A stretch of DNA of 64,000 bases from Chrysomallon squamiferum (taxonomy: Eukaryota; Animalia; Mollusca), in assembly GCA_012295275.1 (NCBI GenBank), contig CM022668.1:6510001-6574000 (forward strand). Direction: 5' to 3'. The translations under genes and the position numbers were made by a program. Numbering within the stretch: the stretch's first letter is position 1; each line of letters starts with the position of its first letter. The notes below the pieces were generated by a model. It did no database searches. It had not been told where the DNA came from and saw nothing but the letters and a program-made list of their open reading frames with translations. Below, piece after piece: positions 51,301-64,000 of this stretch.

Positions 51301-51667
51301 TAGACAGTCAGATAGACAGACAGACAGACAGATAAATAGCTAGATCTACTTTTTTGACGTCCTTTCAGAACTTCTGCTTCTGAAAATGTTTGAGGTCATC
51401 AAAACCGCGCTGAACAAAAACGAACTTCGCTACCTCATGAAGAAGTTCGCTTTTCCGGAAGAAATGATGGCGGAACTGGAGGAGTTGCATCACGGGAAGG
51501 AAAACCTGCAGAACCGGGTGTACGCCGCCATGTTGTTTTGGAAGGACTTCAAAGGACCCGATGCCACGGCTGAAAACCTCATCAGAATTCTCCACGTGGT
51601 TGGTCACGAGGCTCTGTCGGCGAAGCTGAACGTGATGAAGGTGATGGCGCAGCGAATCAGGCTTTGA
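45655..51667 (+). CDS. LRRD1: Leucine-rich repeat and death domain-containing protein (LRRD1-like): acidic N-terminus, ~25 tandem 23-aa LRRs, C-terminal death domain; ~783 aa
   Basis: Exons 45655-45730 (MSGSDDLSETRSNAPPFDDSFEEKS, CAG|GTAAAT, phase 1), 48693-50669 (LxxLxLxxNxL..LP repeats; G|GTGAGT) and 51369-51667 (...NRVYAAMLFWKDFKGPDATAENLIRILHVVGHEALSAKL, a death-fold W..AT..L..L pattern). Exons 2-3 are secure; exon 1 and LRRD1 orthology rest on phase compatibility and architecture only. Confidence 0.8.
48205..48673. repeat. (ATT/ACT)n microsatellite just before the large LRR exon
   Basis: Seen directly. Confidence 0.95.
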
Positions 51668-51994
51668 TCCGGTCTGGTAAACAAACACGAAAGTTACCTC
51701 CCTTGGTTATCTATGTCTAACGGACGTTTTTAATTTATTTTGTTTTGTTGTATAATTTTTTTTTTTTTTTTTTTTTTTTTTTGCCCTTTGGATGTCTATG
51801 AAAAATGGATTTTTTATGTTTTATTTTATTTTGTTTTGTTGTTATTTTCTATGTTTCTTCTCACTGGATATCAGTGTAGCTTGGATTTTTATATTTTTAA
51901 AGTTATTATTTTGTTTTTTTTGTGTATTGCTTCATTCTATTTCTTTTCTTTATTATTATTTCTTTTTTCTTTATTATTATTTTTTTTAATTTTA

Positions 51995-52590
51995 AATTTT
52001 ATTTCAAAATGTAATGCACTGCTTTTATGGAAATGAAACTGTAGCAGAGTTAATGAATGAAATTTATAAATTAAAATTTGTTTTAAAAATATTTTTATAA
52101 CTATTTGTACTTTTTATATTTAATATAATATAAACCCTTTTTATCCTTTTACATTTTTTATCATTTTAACTACAAAAATATTTATTTATATATATAAAAA
52201 TTATTTTGTTTTGTTATGTTTTGTTTGATTCTGTTTCTTTTGTTGTTTATTATTTACTTTTTATTTATTTATTTTTATAATTTTAAACTTTATTTCAAAA
52301 CATAACGCACTACTTAAGTGGAAATGAAACTTTAGCAGAACTAATGATATAAAAAAAGAAATAAAACAAAAAAGAAGAAAAAGAAAGACAAAGAAAAAAG
52401 AAAAGTAAATAACAAAAAAGAAATAAAACTAGTTAATTACTAACACAATTTATACATTAGATTTTTCTTTAAAAACATTTTTATAACTATTTGTACTTTT
52501 TATACTTAGTGTAAACTAACCCCTCTTTTTTTATCCTTTCACATTTTTTTGTCTTTTTAATTACAAATATTTATTTATATATTTAAAAAA
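51995..52590. repeat. Old, diverged direct duplication (~200 bp of homology) downstream of the LRR gene stop
   Basis: TTTATTTCAAAA..TAA.GCACT.CTT...TGGAAATGAAACT.TAGCAGA at ~51998 and ~52288; TTTTATAACTATTTGTACTTTTTATA..ATCCTTT.ACATTTTTT at ~52093 and ~52478. Confidence 0.8.
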
Positions 52591-52790
52591 ATTATCATTT
52601 GTATTGTTCTCTTTATGGATCTGTTATAAATCTACCTCAGAGCAGATTACTTTCATTTTTCTTTTTTTTGTCCATTGTTAACTGAACATTTTATTCTGAA
52701 CCAAAGATGAATAGTATATATATAGTCTTTAGTTAGAAAACGGCGCAACATTTCTAGAAAATGAACTATGGCAGATTCGTGAAGATTTCA

Positions 52791-52828
<38 letters not shown>

Positions 52829-53720
52829 AATATATAATGTATGCAAAACACATATTTACTAGTGTCATTATTATGCATAATTTGAGGTTTTGCATATCAG
52901 CGTCAAATCTACGCGTTTATATCATTTTTCTATCTGACAAACGTTAATAAATCACACTTTATGTTAAGAATATACACAATTTATCGCTAACATCACTGTT
53001 TTTACGATCTCCAAGTGACAGTAAATGTCTAAAAGACATTTCGGAATCTGTGAGTGTAAAAAGGGGATTTAAAAAAGAACCGAAAAAGGATGAAAGGAAA
53101 AAAAAAAACGGTCAGTGAGTACAGAGGCATGAATTATGATGAAGTTGATGATAATAATAATAATGATGATGATGATGATGATGATGATTTTTCTTATCAG
53201 ATAAAAAAAGTTTTATTTTATTTAAAATAAAAAGAAACTAAATATTTTAAAAAGGAGAACAAAAATAATTGATAAAAAAGCTCGTTTTACATTTATTTCA
53301 TTTCGTTCTTTTTTGACATTTCTATTTTTAATGTTCATGTTTATATTTTAATTTTCTTCAGACGCTTATATGAGCTATTATTCTTTATATTTGCAATTTA
53401 AAGAAAACAAAATATTTATAATTCGAATATTTATAGCAATTTTTATTATGTAATCCCTATTAAATCATTTTGTTTTTCGAAGATTTCGTTTTATAAATTT
53501 TAAATTTTTGTGGTGTGTTGTATATGTTCACATTACATTAAATTCTTTAAGATATTAATATACGTGATTGTGATATACGCTTATTTTTTAATTATCTCAT
53601 TTACATATCGTGTGATAATTGTTCATTTTGCCACTTATTTAATTATTACGTTTTTATTTTTATGTGAATCAATCAGTATTAAACCATTTTTCATAATAGT
53701 TATTTGTTCTGTTGTTCATT

Positions 53721-53792
<72 letters not shown>

Positions 53793-54400
53793 GCATATCC
53801 ACGTCATCCTCCTTTTTAGACGGCAGTAAAGAACTAGTCTGAAAGAAAATGTCTGCGAGATATAACCACATACTTGTATCAATAATAAAAACGTTTTTTT
53901 AAACATAAATTCTTGACAAACATCAAACGCTCATCATAAACCGTCACATTCTCTAACTCGACTCATACGTTTTATTTGCATTTTATTATCATCATTATTA
54001 TTATTACTGTACTAAATATAACAATACACACCCATATTTAAATGAGCCTTGCAGTGATTTTTGCATGCAGTATAATCAGAACCTAAGGGAAATAACTACA
54101 AACGTTTAAGGGAGGTAACTCTATAGACTAGATTACAAATTACTGTACTTTTTGCCAATCTCTAATCAAACTCTGACAGATGAAATTGGTGTAACATAAT
54201 ATTAAAATAATATTAAATGATCTTTTGTACAGAATGAATATATATATATATTTTATTTATTTATTTTAATCGCTATCTCTGGCTAATACAGGTAGTTATA
54301 GAAAATATTTTTAGGGTTATATGCCCGTCCAACATTGTCCAAACTGTTTTGATAACGATAAAATTAACTTTATCTCCAGACTTAGAATATTTAATTGTTT

Positions 54401-59077
<4,677 letters not shown>

Positions 59078-59297
59078 GTTGCTAAAAAGAACAAGAGTAA
59101 AATACAAGTCAATACTAATTTTTTATAATTACATGTATAACAGAAGAGTTGGAAATAAAAAATAAAAAAAACAGGATGAGATAAAACACACACACACACA
59201 CACACACAGACACACACACATACACACAAAAAACAGAAAGATAGATAAATAGAAAGAGAGATAGATAAGAGAAAATCAGATATATAGATGGATATTT

Positions 59298-59982
59298 TAA
59301 TAGTAATAGTAGAAGTAGCTGTAATAGTAGCAGTAATTGTAGTAGCTGTAGTTGTAATAGTAGTAGTAGTAATAAAATAGTAACAGTAATAATAAATACA
59401 GTATTGGTACTATTAGACACAATGGTAGTAAATACTTAAAAAGTAGTTGTTGAAGTCGTAGTTTTAACTATAGCTGTATTAATAGTAGGTGGTACAGTAA
59501 TAATAGTAGTAGTAGAAGTAGCTGCAGCAGCAGCCGCAGTAGTAGTAGTAGTAGTAGTTGCGGTAGTAGTAATAGTAGTCGCAGTAGTAGTAGTAGTAAT
59601 TGTAAAATTGATATTATCAGAAATAGTACTTGCGGTAATAATACAACTAACTATATTTGTAGCAAATAAACTGGCAGTAATAGAGTTCATAGTAAAACAG
59701 TAGTAATTCAAATAGTAACAATGGTAATAACAGTTGTAGTAGCAGTCGTACTACTAGCAGAAATAGTAATAGTAGTAGTTAAAGAAATAACAGTAGCAGT
59801 AGTTGTGGAAGTAATAGTACCAGTAATAGAAACAGAAGTAATAAAAGTAATGGTAGTAATAGAAACAGTAGTAGTTGTAGTAGTACTAGTAATAGTTTTA
59901 ATAGTTGTAGTAGTGGTAGTAGTATTGGTGTTAGTAGTAGTAGTGATACTAATTGTAGTGGTAGTAGTAGTAGTAGTAGCAC

Positions 59983-60032
<50 letters not shown>

Positions 60033-60225
60033 CTAGTAGTAGTGATAGTAGTAGTAGTAGTAGTAATAGCAGTTGTAGTATTAATAATAGTATTATTAGT
60101 AGCAGCAGTACTGGTGGTGGTAGTAGTAGTAGTAGTACTAGTAGTAGTGGTAGTAGTAGTAGTAATATTTGTAGTGGTGGTTGTAGTAGTAGTAGTAGTA
60201 GTACTTGTAACAATGGTGGTAGTGG
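59298..60225. repeat. Degenerate (GTA)n trinucleotide region
   Basis: Seen directly; gives spurious poly-Val/Thr/Leu ORFs. A similar region is at 61995-62400. Confidence 0.9.
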
Positions 60226-60737
60226 GTTAGGAAACAAAAAGTAAAGTGAGTTAACATGAAGTTAAGCTCCACCAACACGACAACAAAAAAAAAAAAAAAA
60301 AAAAAAACAGCAACCAAAATACAATGCTAAAAATAAATGAAGGTAAATAAACTTACAAGATGAGCACACTACAGGTACTGTTTTCACCTGTAATTTAAAA
60401 AAGACTTGTACACCCAAACGTGTCAAACACCTGTGCGTGCGTGTACGCCCCCAAGCGGCTCATCTGCTCTCGTCATGGAAGAATTATGAGTCTCACTTTA
60501 AAAATAATTGCTGAGAGAAAATAAAATTGAATTGCTCTTGAAAGACGAAGTCCAGGCAGTCAGTTACAAAAATGTTGATGATGGTGATGTGGACGATATT
60601 TTATGGGAGACAGGTATGTAGTGGAGGTGTACTGGGGACGTGGTGTTTTGTGCTGTTACGTTTGTAATTAGTTATTTTAATTTATTGAGATATATGACTG
60701 TTTGCGGTTTGCTATGCGTCTTCCGCATTGTGTTGTG

Positions 60738-60809
<72 letters not shown>

Positions 60810-61745
60810 TATGTTGAAAACATCTATTATTTTGTTTTTTTTACTAGTTTATATATGTATGAATGTTCCTAGGTATGTATGTATGTATGTAGGTATGTAT
60901 GCAGATATATATGCAGGCATGTATGAATGCAAGTATGTATTATGTATGTATATGTGTTTGTGTATCTGTGTGTTTATGTGTGTGTGTGTGTGTGTGTGTG
61001 TGATGTATATACCTATGTATGTACTTGGCCAAATGAGTTTCTTCTTCTTTATAACTGAAACATTTTTATTCGAAATGGAATAAAATAAATTGTTGTTGTG
61101 AGCTCTTATATTATTATAAGAACTTCCATTAAATCTATACGTACGTATTCAGGAGAGAAAAAAACCCACTATAAATAAATAAATAATCAACACCTGATCA
61201 CTAAATATAGTAAACACAGGTCGCATAAATAAACATAACAATAAACAAAAATAACGAAGCACCGATTTCTTTCTAACGTCACACATCAAACGATTTAGGA
61301 CCAGCGACAAAACGCCATTTTCGTTCTTCGTGTCGATATGTTTACGTGATTCACATTTTTACGATGTTTTTATGGCTACCGACCGATATTTTGCGAAACA
61401 TAACTGAAGATCGATCAGTAAGTAAAATCGAAAGTGTATATTTTATTTCAGGACTTCTGTAGCTGAATATACGCAAAAAGTCTAATAATGATTATTAAAA
61501 AACAGTAATAATAATAATAAATAAATAAATAAATAAATAAATAACTACTACTACTACTACTAATAATAATAATAAGTAAATAATAAATAAATAAATAAAA
61601 AGATAAATAAAAAGATAATAATAAAAAATTGATAATAAAATGAAAACAAATAAAATAAAAATAAATAAAAATACAAATAACTAAATGAATTAAATTTTAA
61701 AAATACAAATAAATGAACGACAGCAGCAATAATAGTACTTTTAGT

Positions 61746-61776
<31 letters not shown>

Positions 61777-61784
61777 ACTAATAC

Positions 61785-61825
<41 letters not shown>

Positions 61826-62973
61826 TAGATAAATAAATTAAGAAAGAAAGAAAGAAATTCAGTTGATAATTTGAATTTAAGAAGTTACTAATGTATTAAA
61901 GTAACGTGATTTTGAAAATGAATATTTCAGCTGAAATGATACGTTCGGTGTTCAGTTTGTGCGGTAATGCAAACGTTCTCAAGTTCTGAAATAGAAATAG
62001 TACTAATCATAGTGTTAGTATTAGTAGTATTAGTAGTAGTAGCAGTAGCAGCTGTCTTTGCAACAGTTGTAGTAAGGGTAGTGGTAATAGCCGTAGTAGT
62101 AGTGATGGTAGTGGTTGAAGTAGTCGTACTAGTAGTAGTAGTAATATTGCTTTATTTTTAGTGTAGTGTATTTGTATTTGTAATATTTGTTGTGCTAGAC
62201 GTAATATTTGTTACAGTAATAGCAGTAATAGTTGCAGTGGTAATAATTTGATTAACTGTTGTAATATCAGTACAAAATAGTAACACTCAGTCGTAATAAT
62301 GGTAATTGTAGTTGCAATAATAGAAATTAAAATAACAATAGTAGTAACTGAAGTAGCAAAATAGAGGTTGCAAGTGTATCTGAAGTAGTAATAACAGTTA
62401 CAGCAGATGCAGAATTTTGCACAATTCTCGTAAGGAGGTGTGGTCTGTTTATACATGTAGAAATATCAGAAAATATTAATCCTCAATATGTAAGACAAAT
62501 TAACGTTTTTTAAGCAGTTCATGAAAATATATTCCATTTTTCACATTATCCTAATTTAATATAGCTATAATAGCATGCATATTTATATAACAAATTTTAT
62601 TATTATTATTTTAATTTTTCAAAAGGAAAGAAAAAAGAAGAAAATAAACTTTCAAAAACATATTTTATTCAATTTCAACATAATATAACAGCCTCTGAAG
62701 CTAACTAAAAAAAGAGAAATGCTTCTAATTCTCACAGTTGCAAATATATGTAAAAATAATTTATTGAAGAATTTAATTTATTATAACTGAAGCATGATAA
62801 TAATTAAGCATAATGAATATACGATCAACAAGTTTAAAGTTTATTCTTCAAAATATTTTTCTTTGTCTTATATGTAATATGTAATAATAATGAACAGATA
62901 TAACATGGCATTATAATTAATACAAGATAATAATAATAATAATAAATAAATAAATAAATAAATAAAATTTACT

Positions 62974-63034
<61 letters not shown>

Positions 63035-64000
63035 TAATAATAATAAATAAATAAATAAATAAATAAATGTACTAAAATGAGAATAATAAACAATTAAATA
63101 TGTATTTAGAGGACACCTGACTGAAACAAAACTTAAAACAACCAGTAACTGTTAACACTAAATGTAACCATTATTATTACTAGTATTTTTAAATATTCAT
63201 TAGTTCATGTATATATAAATATGTCCAACAAAACATATATGGATATAGACATCATCCTTTGGCTTTGTTTATAAATACTGGCACCATTACTAATATAATA
63301 TTATTATGATCATGTTAATTTGTGGTAGGTTATAAATCATATATTAATAAAATTAATAAATATAATAAAATAGAAAAATTTGTTGTTATAATTTTCTCTT
63401 ATACATCAATTTTTTTTTTTCCTTTAAGAAAATCTGTTTGAGCTGTACGTATGATCTCACAACTGAAATTTACTGGTACCCAGATATTTTTAAACATGCT
63501 CTTTTCTCTTGTTTTATTTAATTAATATTTAAAAGAAATAAAACACAAATTGGAAGTATGCAGAATATATTTAGATTGCTTCTTTTTGTTTGTTTGGTAT
63601 CATAAGAGCAGAACAGAGCAGAGAGAGATAATTTTTTGAGATATTTTCACGTTCAGCAGAATTTATAATGAATATTAAAGATTTTGTTTTTCTCTGTCAA
63701 TCAGACAATGTAGTTCAACAATATAAAATGAAAATCAACAACAGATGAGGTAAGCATTAACAGTGATAATGATATAACATCACAAAATATGTTAGTAATA
63801 ATTTTTCAGAATGTCTCTATACAACAGTTAGTCTAAATAAGCCCTGAAATATTTTGTGTTTATCACTGATGTACATAACAAATATAAACCAAAAAAAGAA
63901 CAAATTTTCTATCATTTTTCATATTTTTAATACATGTACCATGTTGTGGTTTAAAACTTAGTCTTATCAGAATGAAACTAAAAGTGGTTAATTTAAACAT

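Noticed and set aside
61200-64000. CpG-rich patch at 61200-61480 and isolated donor-like sites (61418, ~63750) suggesting another gene start
   Set aside because: No ORF or exon chain can be built within the window.

Overview
Eukaryotic (animal, probably lophotrochozoan/mollusc-like; taxon is inference) AT-rich, microsatellite-rich genomic DNA with four intron-containing protein genes that I rebuilt by hand with consistent GT-AG sites and reading phases: (1) the 3' 12 exons of a vertebrate-type N-acetylglutamate synthase (NAGS, +, <1-8756); (2) a complete 44-exon VPS8 (CORVET subunit, -, 44916-16670, about 1398 aa); (3) a leucine-rich-repeat plus C-terminal death-domain protein (LRRD1-like, +, 45655-51667) head-to-head with VPS8; (4) a secreted protein with three Kunitz domains and a ~680-aa Ser/Thr/Pro-rich tail (-, 59077-54401). 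A TA-flanked Tc1/mariner-type MITE sits in the last NAGS intron. Most ORF-track entries are microsatellite translations. The most striking unexplained pattern: at seven splice junctions in NAGS and VPS8 the junction itself (acceptor plus exon start, or exon end plus donor) has been copied in tandem into the intron, 1 to 17 extra copies, and the functional site is always the terminal copy. Some arrays consist of AG|GT recursive-site-like units. Five more minisatellites directly abut splice sites. All of these lie in the CpG-poor half of the window.
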